A stretch of 64,000 nucleotides of DNA from a virus, in IMG/VR virus record IMGVR_UViG_3300020171_000022, positions 2,449 to 66,448 of that record. One strand, written 5' to 3'. A program made the position numbers and the translations under genes. This document shows, piece after piece, positions 28,326-39,281 of the stretch. The first letter of the stretch is position 1. Each line of letters begins with the position of its first letter. Below the pieces are notes generated by a model. The model saw only the letters and a list, made by a program, of their open reading frames with translations, was not told the origin of the DNA and ran no database searches.

Positions 28326-29949
28326 ATCTGCATTAAAATATCAGGCAAAAGGTTATTCCGTTATTCCTGTCAATCCTTCGATGGAAAAGGATAAGGGTAA
28401 GAAACCTCTCGTTAAGTGGGAATGGTTTCAGTCAAGGATCGCCTCCGAGGATGAAATTACAGCATGGTGGGTGAAATATCCAAAGGCAATGATCGGGGTG
28501 GTGTGCGGTAAAACTTCAAACATAATATCCATTGATGCCGATACCCCAGAAGCAATTGAGAAGATGGAAGGATTTTTACCGGATAGTCTGATCGTTCCTA
28601 CCGTCCAAACTCCAAGGGGAGGACGACATTACGATTTTCAATATACCAGCGGGATAAGAAACTCAAATAATGGCTTATTACATACACGGGGCGAGGGTGG
28701 ATTTATCATCGTTCCCCCATCATGCAGGAGCGATGGCGTACCTTATGTGTGGATATGCGAGGGCGATCCGCCCATCCTGCCCGAAATACTCTTGAAGTAT
28801 TTAAAAGATATGCAAGGTTTATATATATGGGAACAAGAAAAAACATCTTCCTTGTCGTCAGAAGTCGTCAGGATGTTTGGAGATCATAGGAAGGATGAAG
28901 ACCTTTTTCATACTGCTAATTGCCTAATAAAAGGTGGAATGCCTATTCGAGAAATCTCTCAAGTTCTTGAAGCTATTATGAATTCTTGGGGGGAAGGGTT
29001 TGATGAAAAATGGAGAGAAGAAAAAATTCAAAGTGCTTTGAAACGTGCAGAAAAGAAAGAAAGAAATTTAGCAGAAGAGGTTAGAGAATGGATTTTGTCG
29101 TCATCTGGCGTCTTTTTGTCGTCAGAAGTCGTCAGGAGTCTACATTTGTCGTCAAGAGACGAGGGAAAAAATCTGTCAAAAACACTAGAAAGGCTTTGTG
29201 AACAAGGACTTATAGAGAAATATGGTAACAAGAGGGGAAACTTTAGAACAGTAGAGAAAGACTGCCAAGAAATAAACTTCCTCGATGTCGAGGATAACCC
29301 TGTTAATATTCAATGGCCCTTTGAGATCGAACGGTATGTGTTAACCTATCCTAAAAATATCGTTGTGATAGCCGGAGTCCAGAATGCGGGTAAGACTGGA
29401 TTCCTTCTCAATACTGCACTTGCGAATAAAGAGAGATTTAAGATTAACTATTTCTCTTCGGAGATGGGAGCAATGGAGTTAAAGATAAGACTCCAAAAGT
29501 TTAGGGAGCCTTTAAAACAATGGAAGACCGTAAATTTCAGGGAGCGATCCTCAAATTTCGTTGATGTGGTAGAGCCGGATGAAGTAAATATTATCGATTT
29601 TCTTGAAATTACAGAGGAATTTTATAAAATTGCCGCTATTTTAAAGGAAATTTATGAGAAATTAAAGAATGGAATAGCCATTATTGCAATCCAGAAAGAT
29701 CCCAAAAAAGAATATGGCAGGGGTGGAACAATGGGACTTGAGAAGCCGAGGCTTTATCTTAATATCGAATATGGAAAGTTGGAGATTATAAAGGCTAAAA
29801 ACTGGGCCAACGTAGAAATCAATCCAAATGGATTATCAAGGGAGTTTAAGATAGTCCAGGGAGCAAAGTTTATTATGATGGATGAATGGAAATCGAAAGA
29901 TTCCAAAAAACCCGAAAGGAAATCGTGGTATGAAGGGAGGAATGAATGA
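28309..29949 (+). CDS. primase-polymerase (Prim-Pol) fused to a helicase-like ATPase
   Basis: GYSVIPV, KKPLVKW, IDAD, TPRGGRH, RGEGGFIIVPPS; Walker A GVQNAGKT. Confidence 0.88.
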   Translation: MNQFLESALKYQAKGYSVIPVNPSMEKDKGKKPLVKWEWFQSRIASEDEITAWWVKYPKAMIGVVCGKTSNIISIDADTPEAIEKMEGFLPDSLIVPTVQTPRGGRHYDFQYTSGIRNSNNGLLHTRGEGGFIIVPPSCRSDGVPYVWICEGDPPILPEILLKYLKDMQGLYIWEQEKTSSLSSEVVRMFGDHRKDEDLFHTANCLIKGGMPIREISQVLEAIMNSWGEGFDEKWREEKIQSALKRAEKKERNLAEEVREWILSSSGVFLSSEVVRSLHLSSRDEGKNLSKTLERLCEQGLIEKYGNKRGNFRTVEKDCQEINFLDVEDNPVNIQWPFEIERYVLTYPKNIVVIAGVQNAGKTGFLLNTALANKERFKINYFSSEMGAMELKIRLQKFREPLKQWKTVNFRERSSNFVDVVEPDEVNIIDFLEITEEFYKIAAILKEIYEKLKNGIAIIAIQKDPKKEYGRGGTMGLEKPRLYLNIEYGKLEIIKAKNWANVEINPNGLSREFKIVQGAKFIMMDEWKSKDSKKPERKSWYEGRNE

Positions 29950-30206
29950 AGAGCTGCCAAAATTGTCGGTGGGATAGATTAAATTCACAAAACCAGAAAA
30001 TGATTTCCTGTGAGCAAGGCCATATAAGGACGTTTCAAGGGATAATTAAAGATTGTCATGCTTGGGGGGAAAAGAAAATACTCGCCTGCAAGCTCATCAA
30101 TCCTCAAGGCCAATGCCAGGACTGGGAGTTAAAGATTCAAAAGAATTGGTGTAAAGAATGTATAAACCACATTTTTGTAATGCCCAAATTAGAGGAGGAA
30201 ACATGA
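29946..30206 (+). CDS. Cys-rich hypothetical protein
   Basis: KSCQNC start; coupled to the primase stop. Confidence 0.55.
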   Translation: MKSCQNCRWDRLNSQNQKMISCEQGHIRTFQGIIKDCHAWGEKKILACKLINPQGQCQDWELKIQKNWCKECINHIFVMPKLEEET

Positions 30207-30424
30207 TCTGTAAAGCATGTAGGGCCGATGCCCTAATCCATGTGGCAAGGTATGGGAATATGCCAAAAAAGATCGAATGTTCTCATGGATTGTGTTGGTG
30301 CGCTTATCCAAAAGATAAACGCAATAATTGGAATGTGTCTGTGCAGGATACAGAAGGTGTCCCGGATCCTGTCTGGGAGATCGTTTTTTGTCCTATCTGT
30401 GGTCGGAAATTGGAAGGGAACTGA

Positions 30425-30778
30425 ATGACATCAAATCGTTCTAAAGGCTTAGCCTATATCCGTGAGGTGCGGAAAATATTGGAGGTTCACGGACATACTT
30501 GCGAAGGCCCTGGGTATGCTCCAATGTGGACACCAAAAGGTATGATAGCCTGCCATCGAGATTATTTTGATGTCTGGGATTTGCTTTCCTTTACTGATAC
30601 CAACGGAATTCACGGCCACCAGGTCTGCACAAAGGATAATAAATTGAGAAATGTGAAGAAAATTCAGGCAGTTGGATTATCGGGATACCTTTGGGTTAGG
30701 CTGCCAGGTGGAAAATATGATAAATATTGGGTGGAAAAGGACAAGATAACCATCGAAGAATGGGAAAAAGACCCATAA
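30425..30778 (+). CDS. putative Holliday junction resolvase-like nuclease
   Basis: SNRSKG...E..KILE..G; DYFDVWD...QV. Confidence 0.55.
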   Translation: MTSNRSKGLAYIREVRKILEVHGHTCEGPGYAPMWTPKGMIACHRDYFDVWDLLSFTDTNGIHGHQVCTKDNKLRNVKKIQAVGLSGYLWVRLPGGKYDKYWVEKDKITIEEWEKDP

Positions 30779-30845
30779 AAGCGCCTCCAGTGAAGCAGGA
30801 GACCCCTCTATGACGATATTTCATCATGAGTTTGTCAATACCCTC

Positions 30846-33430
30846 CTAACACTTCCCGCAGCCAGGGCACTCCCCCATAATCTCTGTGCACAATTCCATT
30901 TCCTCTTTGGCAAGATCAGACAGTAAGGAATGCGCCTTGTCTTTCGCTTCTATGAACCTTTCAATGTAAAGGGGATATTTCTCCACGTCCACTACGGCGC
31001 AAAAGGCTTGCCACATTTCGTTTAAACATTCCATAAACTCCTGTTTTTTATTCATTTTTCATTCCCTCCCTTCTTTATATCCCAACTTATCAAAACATTT
31101 AGGACATAATGTTTTATATGTTTCGCTGGTCAATTCCGAATCTGGTGTTTCGAGCCATCTTCGAGCGGTTCCGTTGTCGAAATCTTTCCAAGGTATAAAC
31201 TTCCCGCAAATATCACATTTCAGCGTTACTGGAAATGCCCTGTTATATGACCTAATATCAAGCCTTACGGTTCCATCTTTATCAATTTCTGCTCCTGTTA
31301 ATCTGTCTTTCATTTCATTCCCTCCCTTCTAATTCATTTTTGTCAAAACCTGCATAAAAGGCATCCCCATCCAGCAGGACGCCATAGTCATATATTTTGG
31401 CTTTGTGTGATTCAAACCCTATCCGAGCAATCACCCCCTCATGGCCTGCCTTCCAATATCCATGATCCACTTTAATTTTGATCTTATCTCCTATTTCCAT
31501 CCCTCACCCCTCCTTTTTAACTGGTTCGATCCAGTCAATGTCTAAACTAATTCTGCCGCCATAATCGCCATTCCTTCCTGTCCGTTCCTGCACTTCTCTT
31601 GATAGTTTGCTGTATTCCTCTTGCCATTTGTTTTTGCACAGATGACATCGGTCAATCTGCCCATACTGGTTAAATTTGCAATAACAATCCTGAGGCCGGT
31701 GGATATAAACCGCAATGCCCAACCAACCCCAAGCAGTTCCGCGGTGATGATGGACTTTTACATTCTCATACCTTTGGGAAATCAAGAATTTCTTAACCTC
31801 TTTTGATTCAGTCTTTCGGTCTGTCCATTTCATTTTATCCTCCCTTCTGCCTTATTTATGGCTTGTTGTAAAATGTCAAGACATTTCTGGGGTGGCGTAA
31901 CTGTTTGAATATCATCGGCTACCATTTTGGAAACATATCTCACCGCCAGCTTACAGGCCCTCAATAACTCCTGGAATATTTCATCCTTTTTCTCTTTAAA
32001 TTCTTGTGTTTCCATTTTATCCTCCGTCCCGGTGATCTGTCGGGTGAGTCTGGGGTTAAAAGGTTAAACCGGTATAATCCACTGAAAACCTGGTAATTGC
32101 TCGACTTGTGCGAATAGCCTGGCTGCCGCTGTGTATTGCTGTTTGACATCATTCAGATAATGCCCTTTATTCATTAATTTGATTGCTCTTTCAGGTTCAT
32201 TACAAATGGCTACATCAAAACTTTCATACTGATCAAATTGAACTATCTTCTTTCCGACTGCCTTATATTCCATTTTATTTCCTCCCTTCTCCCCGTATGG
32301 CCATGGGGTCACAATTTTTACAATCTTTTCCAAACAATCCCTTTGATGGGCAGACTGAAGGACGATGTTTAATTTTTAATATCTCTTGGTAATGATCCAT
32401 ATGACATTTTCCCCAAATATTATGAAGATTTCTCTTACACACTCCACATGAAATTATTAATCCTTTTTTACATTTCATCTCAATCTCCATTCTCCCCGTG
32501 CGGCCGATAGGACAGCCGGTTCTGAGTTAGTTGATTCTGATCGTTTCAAATTCATTCGCCTTTTCGATCTTGGCTTCTGCTGTTGGATTCCCGTTTCTAA
32601 GATCATGTAAGCGATAACAAGGCCAGCAGGCCACGAGGCCAACAGCCTTATAGCCATCACAAAGCGGACATCGATTTGAAGCCCTCACATTTTCGTTGTC
32701 AATTTTCATTTTAAACCTCCTTCTCTGTCATGCCGAGGACAGTCTAAGGTTAGATTGTCTCTGCAATTTCTTTTATTGTGGATTCAAGATGTTTGGATAT
32801 AATATGTCGGAGATTAGTAATTTTATAACCAAGTTCCCATAGACGGCATTGAAGTTTATCTTCCTTTTCCGTCCATCCACAAGTTTGGGCTTCTTTTATT
32901 GTTAACCCTGCAAATCTTTCAAGAGCCTTTTTGATGGCCAGAGCTTCCGCCTCATACTCTCTTAATATATCTTTCATTTTATACCTCTTTCTAGGCAGTT
33001 TATTGACTTGCCTAGGTCAAGGTTGAGGGTTTATTCAGGTAATTTATTAATAATTCTTGAGCAATAATATTGCCCTGCGGTCTTTCTAAGATAATCACAT
33101 TTTTTGCTTTTCTTCGATGAATTAGAAAAGCAATGTTTAGTTTTGCAATATTCTATAATCTCTTTTAAACTCTTCATCTTAATCCCCTTTCCAGCAGTTT
33201 TGTGTCATGCTGAGGACGGCTGAGGGTTAATCCCCTTAGCTATTATTTGATGGTTTGAATTGAGAAGCCTTTCTTAACATTGCTAATCCTTCTCGTGCTC
33301 CTTCACCGATAGGATCATATTTTCTTTTGGGTTTTGGGGTTAATCTTTTTAACCCCTCTATTTTCCCAAACTCTTTTAAAATTTGTTTTCTTCTATTCAT
33401 TTTCTTCCCCTTATCACCCTGGTGCGGCAA
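30846..33430 (-). other. cluster of about 10 small leftward early genes (60-110 aa)
   Basis: closely packed ORFs with strong RBS, e.g. 30846-31055, 31059-31313, 31315-31500, 31504-31833, 31830-32015, 32527-32709, 32750-32977. Confidence 0.7.
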
Positions 33431-33774
33431 GCCAATTATTGGGCTTTACCACACCACGTACACCAGGTCTGGGTCCCGTATACCGGCATCCCGCAGTGCC
33501 GGCAAGGTTTAGATTTGATCATCTTTTCCTCCTTTTTAGTTTTTACTTTATTAATATCTGCATGAGCCGTGCCAAAAACTTTATTCTTTTTTTCACACCC
33601 ATTATCGTTGAAATCATTAAGCAATTCCCTTTTTTGAATGTCTGATAATATTTCCGATATTCCAAAAGTGACGCAATTTGCGGCTCAAGTGACAATTTTT
33701 GTACGATTGAATCTAAAAAAACTCTTAAAAAGGAACCTGCGCTCACGCGTCTATCAGGCACAGGCTCGAGGGCC

Positions 33775-33852
33775 TTGACAAAACAAAATAATGTTTTATA
33801 ATGTTGAACACTAAAAAAAATCTCTTGACAAATCAAAAAAAAGGTTTAAGAT
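33775..33852 (+). promoter_or_regulatory. tandem sigma70-type promoters
   Basis: TTGACA-16 bp-TATAAT (33775-33802) and TTGACA-16 bp-TAAGAT (33825-33852). Confidence 0.6.
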
Positions 33853-33971
33853 AGATGGTAATGAAGATCCGCTATGCTGGTAGCGGAATAAAAGCCATCC
33901 AGCAGGCTTAACCGAGCCTGAGCCATGAGACGTCGAACATACGTAGTTGCCTCTATTAATCGGTAAATAAT

Positions 33972-34424
33972 ATGGGTAGACTCCTACAAAACACCTGGAT
34001 TTACAGACTTCACAACGAGCCTAATAATAGAACCCTGCCTTTTGGACGTAAGAAGCACCGTAAAAGAACTCAATTAAATTCCGTCTCTTTAAGAGAATGT
34101 GCAGTTGAAAAACAGGAGAGAACATCGGCTCGTTACTGGAACTGGCGAAAGAGAGTATTGACCCGTGACCATTTCGCCTGCACAGTATGCGGGAATACGG
34201 GACGCAAAGTAAAATTAGAAGCACATCATATCAAACCCTGGTTCGACTTCCCCGCTAAACGCTTCATGCTGGATAACGGAATAACACTCTGCTTTGATTG
34301 CCACAACTCAAAACATCCTTGGAGATTTGATAAACCCACTAAAATTATTCAACAATTCGATCATATAACACAAGAACTCATTAAAAAAAGACTGTCTAAA
34401 ATGCCTTTATGGATGAATAAATAA
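33972..34424 (+). CDS. HNH endonuclease
   Basis: WRKRVLTRDHFACTVCG, LEAHHIKP, NGITLCFDCH. Confidence 0.9.
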   Translation: MGRLLQNTWIYRLHNEPNNRTLPFGRKKHRKRTQLNSVSLRECAVEKQERTSARYWNWRKRVLTRDHFACTVCGNTGRKVKLEAHHIKPWFDFPAKRFMLDNGITLCFDCHNSKHPWRFDKPTKIIQQFDHITQELIKKRLSKMPLWMNK

Positions 34425-34540
34425 TCACTCTTACACCTTGCCTCCATCACACAACCATAACCCCACAAACAATCCATCATCGCACACCATCCCCAAAATA
34501 ACTCTTGACAACCCTAAAAAAATATGTTTTATACTCGATT

Positions 34541-34993
34541 ATGGTAAAATTAACACTGAAACAACGTAAATTTTGGAAACATTACCAGATTCATCATAAT
34601 GGCGCTGCCGCTGCTAAATATGCTGGTAGCAATGGTAAAAATGGGAATAGCCTAAAAGTTGCAGGGTCACTACTTTTAACATCGTTAAACCTATCGATGC
34701 CAGAACTACTTAATGCACAGGGATTAACCGATGAAGCCTTAGCTCAGCCCCTCAAGGATGGGATGCAGGCCAAGAAGCCTCTAATCGCTACCTGGGAAGG
34801 TAAGATCACAGACCGGATCGACGTTGATGATCATCCTACCCGCCTCAAGGCTGCGGAATTAATCGGGAGGATGAAAGGAGTTTTCGTCGACCGACACGAG
34901 TTGACCGGCAGGGATGGAGGGGATATCATCCTCCAAGTTAAGATCCCTAAAGGTAAGGGGCACCGGCAAACCATCGAGGTGGGGGAGGAGTGA
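34541..34993 (+). CDS. terS: terminase small subunit
   Basis: KLTLKQRKF...NGAAAAKYAG, RLKAAELIG, HELTGRDGG. Confidence 0.8.
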   Translation: MVKLTLKQRKFWKHYQIHHNGAAAAKYAGSNGKNGNSLKVAGSLLLTSLNLSMPELLNAQGLTDEALAQPLKDGMQAKKPLIATWEGKITDRIDVDDHPTRLKAAELIGRMKGVFVDRHELTGRDGGDIILQVKIPKGKGHRQTIEVGEE

Positions 34994-35409
34994 GACATTT
35001 TGTCTTCGATTTCAACATTTTCCTAGAACTCACAATGTGACAACCATGCATGTTTGCGGGTCGTTTATAATGTGGATAAGTAAGGATGCTGTAACCATGC
35101 GGGTTAGCGGGTGAAAATTAATAACATAATGTCCGTTATCAGACGCTATGTAAGTATATTTCACATCATTTTTGGCAGGCGGTGTGATCGGGCAGGTGCA
35201 TCAGTGGGGTCAAATACGGTGATCGATATCGGGGGGCCAGAATCAAAAACCCATATTGACCCCCTTCTTCCTCGCCGGTATACATATATATTACCCCCTT
35301 CATATATCCAGTCTTTTCAGTCTCTCCCAGAATTTTTTTCTTACAGGATTCATCTGAAATTTTTTTATCTTTTGGATTGGCTGAAAAATTTTCTATATAG
35401 AGAGGATTT

Positions 35410-38022
35410 ATGGGTTTACCAATTAGGGTATCGTTTGAGCCATCGGAGACGCAGTGGGAGTTTATAAGTTGTCAGAAGCCGGAGGTTTGTTTGGTGGGGC
35501 CCCGGGGCGAGGGGAAATCGGATTCTGGAATTATGGCGATGAGTTATCATGCTTCGTTGCAGGACAAGAAGTATAAGCCTATTCCTTGGGCGATAGTAAG
35601 GGATACCTGGAAGAATTTAGAGAGGACGACGTTGAGGAGTTTTCTTTTTCCATCTGAGAAGTCATTTATGGCACAAATTAGAAGTAGGCTCAGGATGCGG
35701 GATGGGGGGAGGTTTTTGGAGTTGCCTGGGGTATGGACGGCGTTTTTATTTGGGGTGGATACACCGGACGATCTTAATCAGCTTCAGTCCATGCAGTTGG
35801 GGGGGCTTTGGATAGAGGAGGCGGCTCCGGCGATGCAGGAGGAGATTGGGAGAGGGGTAGCGGAAGAGGTTTGGAGTATTGGGATTACTTCTCTTAGGCA
35901 TCCGCTTATGTCAGAAAATGCTTCTGGGTGGCTAAAAGAAGTTTGCCTGCCTGTGCTCTGGCAGACAGGCCTGCCTGTGCTTGTCCGCACGCAGGCGGGC
36001 GGGAACAATGGTGGATTGGGACTTCTTAATCCGAAAGAGATTAAAGAAGGTTTGCTTCTTGGTGCATTAACGAGAGATCCCGAGGGGGGATTGGTTATAA
36101 GAAATAGGAGGGCTCAGCTTACCCAAAACTATCCTTCGGAAGACCATTGGAGTTGGATGAGGTTTCATGAAGATCCTACCCCCGATAGGGCATTGTTCAG
36201 GATTCCCCGCGGCGAAAATATTTATGTGGACGATCAGTATCGTGAGACGATGAAAAGGGCCCTGGAGAATAGGCCAGATTTACTAGATCGCCTTGTTATC
36301 GGTAGACCAGCTCACGTGCAGGTTGGGGAAAAAGTTACTCCTGAGTATAATGAAAGTTTACATCGTTCTAAAGAAAATCTAAATCCTATGCCCCAGTTAA
36401 CAACTTTCAGATTTTGGGACGGGGGACTTTCTCCAAGTTGCGTTTTTGCTCAACTTACTTCACGGGGTAAATTTATCGTTACCGATACTTTGCGTGGATC
36501 AAATGTCGGGATGAAACAGTTTATAGGAATGTTCGTGAAACCTCTTTTGGCGGAAAGGTATGTTAAGATAGATAAATGGAGAGACATAGGAGACCCATCC
36601 TTAAAAGAACGTGACCAGAGTGATTCTACCGTAACGGCGGCAAAAATTATCGAGGAAGAGCTTCAAACTACGTTTGAGGCAGGGATAGCCTCATGGCAGT
36701 CAAGACTGGAAGCCATGAGAGAATTACTTTCAAGATTGGTAGATGGTGAACCGATGTTTGTGGTGAGTAAACATGAGAGAATACTGCACAGGGCGCTCTC
36801 TGGAGGATGGCATTATCATAGGGATTCGGCAGGGAGAGTTTTAAGAGACCTTCCCGTTAAAGACGTCCACTGTGTCGATGAGAAAACAGAATGTCTTACT
36901 GTGGATGGATGGAAAAATTATAATGGAATTAAATTGGGGCAGAAAATCTACGGATACGATTTTAAATCTGGGGACTTAACGTTGGATGAAATTAAGGATG
37001 TTCATTATTATGAGGGAAACCATCCTGTTTTATCTTTTAAAAACTTACAGATGGATATGGTATGCACTCCAAAACACAACTGTGTTATGGCAAGAAGAAC
37101 AAGAAATCATAATGGGACTGAAAATTTTTATCCTCCAGCTTTTGTCCTTGCCCAAAATATCCACACTGGTCATCAACATCTAAGGGTTGCTCCAATTTCT
37201 CAATATGTAAGGCGTCCAAAAGATAAAGAGTATTCAAATGAATTTATACGACTATGTGCATGGGTAATGACAGAAGGAACATATAGAGATACAGGACAAA
37301 TCTGGATTTCTCAATCATTTTGTGCTAATCCAGAATATTGCGAACAGATTAAGCGATTAATTAAAGTATTCCCCAATACATATTTCAGGACTGAAAAAAA
37401 AGGATCAAGACCAATGCTTAATGCGATCCTAAAGTGGGAGATTGCATATCTGATTAAAAAACTTATGCCAGATAAATATCCTTCTCCAGAGTTTATTTCT
37501 CAAATGACTAATTCACAAAAAAGATTATTTCTGTTTGAAGCAATTAAGGGAGACGGGGATAATCCCATAGTACTTCCAGATATACGTAATATTTCTCGAT
37601 TAAGAGATTTTTGGCATCAAGATACAACCCCCCGAATAGCAAATGGCAATAAGGGGGAGTCGGACGCCATTCAGCATATAGCTACACTTGTTGGTATCCG
37701 TTCGATTCTGCACGAAAAAAAAGGAAGAGGTTGTAGCCATGTATCATTAACAAAACTTGGGCAATATAGTCATTATAAGGAAAAACCCGTTCGGGGTGAA
37801 GTTAATGGAATTTGGTGTCCAGAAACAATAACCCATACATGGATAGCCAGAAGGAATGGGCAGGTATTTATTACTGGTAATTCTCACCCCTCAGATGCCC
37901 TCTCGCATGGGATCGCTAAAATATTCAGGTATCAGAATGAGGCAAAAATAAAACTGCCTGCGTCGAGGAAGAATATAGCCATAGGATCATCGGTGCAACC
38001 GTTATTCGTAAGCGGGAGGTAG
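35410..38022 (+). CDS. terL: terminase large subunit containing an intein
   Basis: Walker A GPRGEGKS, Walker B WIEEA, nuclease WDGG and SHPSDAL; located between terS and portal. Confidence 0.9.
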   Translation: MGLPIRVSFEPSETQWEFISCQKPEVCLVGPRGEGKSDSGIMAMSYHASLQDKKYKPIPWAIVRDTWKNLERTTLRSFLFPSEKSFMAQIRSRLRMRDGGRFLELPGVWTAFLFGVDTPDDLNQLQSMQLGGLWIEEAAPAMQEEIGRGVAEEVWSIGITSLRHPLMSENASGWLKEVCLPVLWQTGLPVLVRTQAGGNNGGLGLLNPKEIKEGLLLGALTRDPEGGLVIRNRRAQLTQNYPSEDHWSWMRFHEDPTPDRALFRIPRGENIYVDDQYRETMKRALENRPDLLDRLVIGRPAHVQVGEKVTPEYNESLHRSKENLNPMPQLTTFRFWDGGLSPSCVFAQLTSRGKFIVTDTLRGSNVGMKQFIGMFVKPLLAERYVKIDKWRDIGDPSLKERDQSDSTVTAAKIIEEELQTTFEAGIASWQSRLEAMRELLSRLVDGEPMFVVSKHERILHRALSGGWHYHRDSAGRVLRDLPVKDVHCVDEKTECLTVDGWKNYNGIKLGQKIYGYDFKSGDLTLDEIKDVHYYEGNHPVLSFKNLQMDMVCTPKHNCVMARRTRNHNGTENFYPPAFVLAQNIHTGHQHLRVAPISQYVRRPKDKEYSNEFIRLCAWVMTEGTYRDTGQIWISQSFCANPEYCEQIKRLIKVFPNTYFRTEKKGSRPMLNAILKWEIAYLIKKLMPDKYPSPEFISQMTNSQKRLFLFEAIKGDGDNPIVLPDIRNISRLRDFWHQDTTPRIANGNKGESDAIQHIATLVGIRSILHEKKGRGCSHVSLTKLGQYSHYKEKPVRGEVNGIWCPETITHTWIARRNGQVFITGNSHPSDALSHGIAKIFRYQNEAKIKLPASRKNIAIGSSVQPLFVSGR
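35946..35999. repeat. two tandem in-frame CCTGCCTG...CAGRCRGG mini-palindromes
   Basis: 24 bp and 30 bp GC-rich inverted-repeat units inside terL. Confidence 0.6.
36871..37881 (+). mobile_element. intein with LAGLIDADG-type endonuclease domain (337 aa)
   Basis: starts CVDEKTECLT..GW; block B CTPKH; LCAWVMTEG and FEAIKGDG; ends HTWIARRNGQVFITGN followed by Ser. Confidence 0.9.
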
Positions 38023-38053
38023 CCCCATGAATGGGTTAAAAGATGTATCCAAA

Positions 38054-39281
38054 GTAAACTACCCCACAGTAGAACTGTGGGGCATTGCAGTTCCAAGAGA
38101 AAGAGATTTTAGAGATTCAGGGTGGACTGCGATAGGCAAGTTTACGCTTGCCCTTTGAGAAATATTAATAGCGCCATTGAGGTCGGCATGACAAGAAAAA
38201 CCACAACATTGGCAGACAAACTCGGATTGAGACTTACGATTGGATTTGGAGATATGGCCACAATCGGAACACATCCTGGAAGTATTTCTTGGATTAACGA
38301 AAGATACTGGAATTCCTGCCAATTTAGCCTTATAGGAGATAAATTTTCCAAGCTCGTCAAACGACCATTTTCCGAATTGCTCTCTTTGCTGTTTCCTAAC
38401 CGAGACCCGAAATCCTTTAAGATTTTCAAGGGCTATTCCCCTTCGGGTGTCTTTAGCAATTTGAACAATTTTCTTCGCAATGGTGTGATTGATTTGTTTC
38501 TTGAAGCGTCGCTCCCTTCCAGAAATTTTTTTCAGATGTCTTTTAGCAGATTTGGAACCTTTCTTTTGCAAAGCTTTTTTGATTTTAGTCATTTTCTTGC
38601 GAACAGTATCAACCTCTTCACCGGAAAAGTTTTCTCCATCAGAAGTGGTGGCAAGATTTACGATTCCCAAATCTACTCCGATAAAACTTTCAATATCCTT
38701 AACATTATCTTCGGGAACCTCGCAAACCTGAAACAGATAAAATTTCCCCTTCTTGCAGATAAGATCAGCCTCTCCCTTAATGTAAGGCAGATATTTAGGA
38801 TTGTGGCAGATAAAAGGGATTCTCAATCTATTATCAATAGACCAGATGGAAATAGAATCTTCTTTATAGGAGAGGATACGAATATCGTAAGTAATTGCAC
38901 CAGTTGGCTTAAAGACTCGCTTCGATTTCTTATCGGGTTTGTAAGCGTTAACCACTTTAGAAATACATCTTACGACCATTTGTGCCGAAAGATTAGAAGA
39001 ATCACGGATGATACGATAAATAAGATGGTGAAGCCTGAATTGATTAAATTCTCTCTTCTCCCACGCAACGTCAGAAATCTTATTGCAGGCAACATTGGAA
39101 ACCTTCATGGTATCCAAAAGAGATTGTGCCTGTTCTTTGGTCGGGAGAAGTTTTATCTGAAGGGTCAGTTTCATAGTTTAAATATAACTCATATATTTGA
39201 GATTGTCAAGAATAGATTTGGGAAGGGGGCGCGGGCATTCCTCCCCGCAGTAAACTGACGGGGTATCCTGCCCGAAATTTT
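38054..39281 (-). mobile_element. IS200/IS605-family non-autonomous element (tnpB only) interrupting a small gene
   Basis: left-end guide GATA with target TCAT (39282-39285, - strand); right-end guide AATG ending TTAC; excision rejoins MNGLKDVSK to MTDTERK in frame. Confidence 0.85.
38059..39174 (-). CDS. tnpB: RNA-guided endonuclease TnpB
   Basis: GVDLG, IALENL, HADLNGAINI; CSDC/CQCC Zn finger. Confidence 0.95.
   Translation of the reverse strand: MKLTLQIKLLPTKEQAQSLLDTMKVSNVACNKISDVAWEKREFNQFRLHHLIYRIIRDSSNLSAQMVVRCISKVVNAYKPDKKSKRVFKPTGAITYDIRILSYKEDSISIWSIDNRLRIPFICHNPKYLPYIKGEADLICKKGKFYLFQVCEVPEDNVKDIESFIGVDLGIVNLATTSDGENFSGEEVDTVRKKMTKIKKALQKKGSKSAKRHLKKISGRERRFKKQINHTIAKKIVQIAKDTRRGIALENLKGFRVSVRKQQREQFGKWSFDELGKFISYKAKLAGIPVSFVNPRNTSRMCSDCGHISKSNRKSQSEFVCQCCGFSCHADLNGAINISQRASVNLPIAVHPESLKSLSLGTAMPHSSTVG

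Noticed and set aside
35111-35467. 118 aa ORF between terS and terL
   Set aside because: Atypical composition, weak start and overlap with terL; probably non-coding.
38059-39174. Cas12f-type CRISPR effector
   Set aside because: Flanked by IS200/IS605 end hairpins and has no adjacent array.
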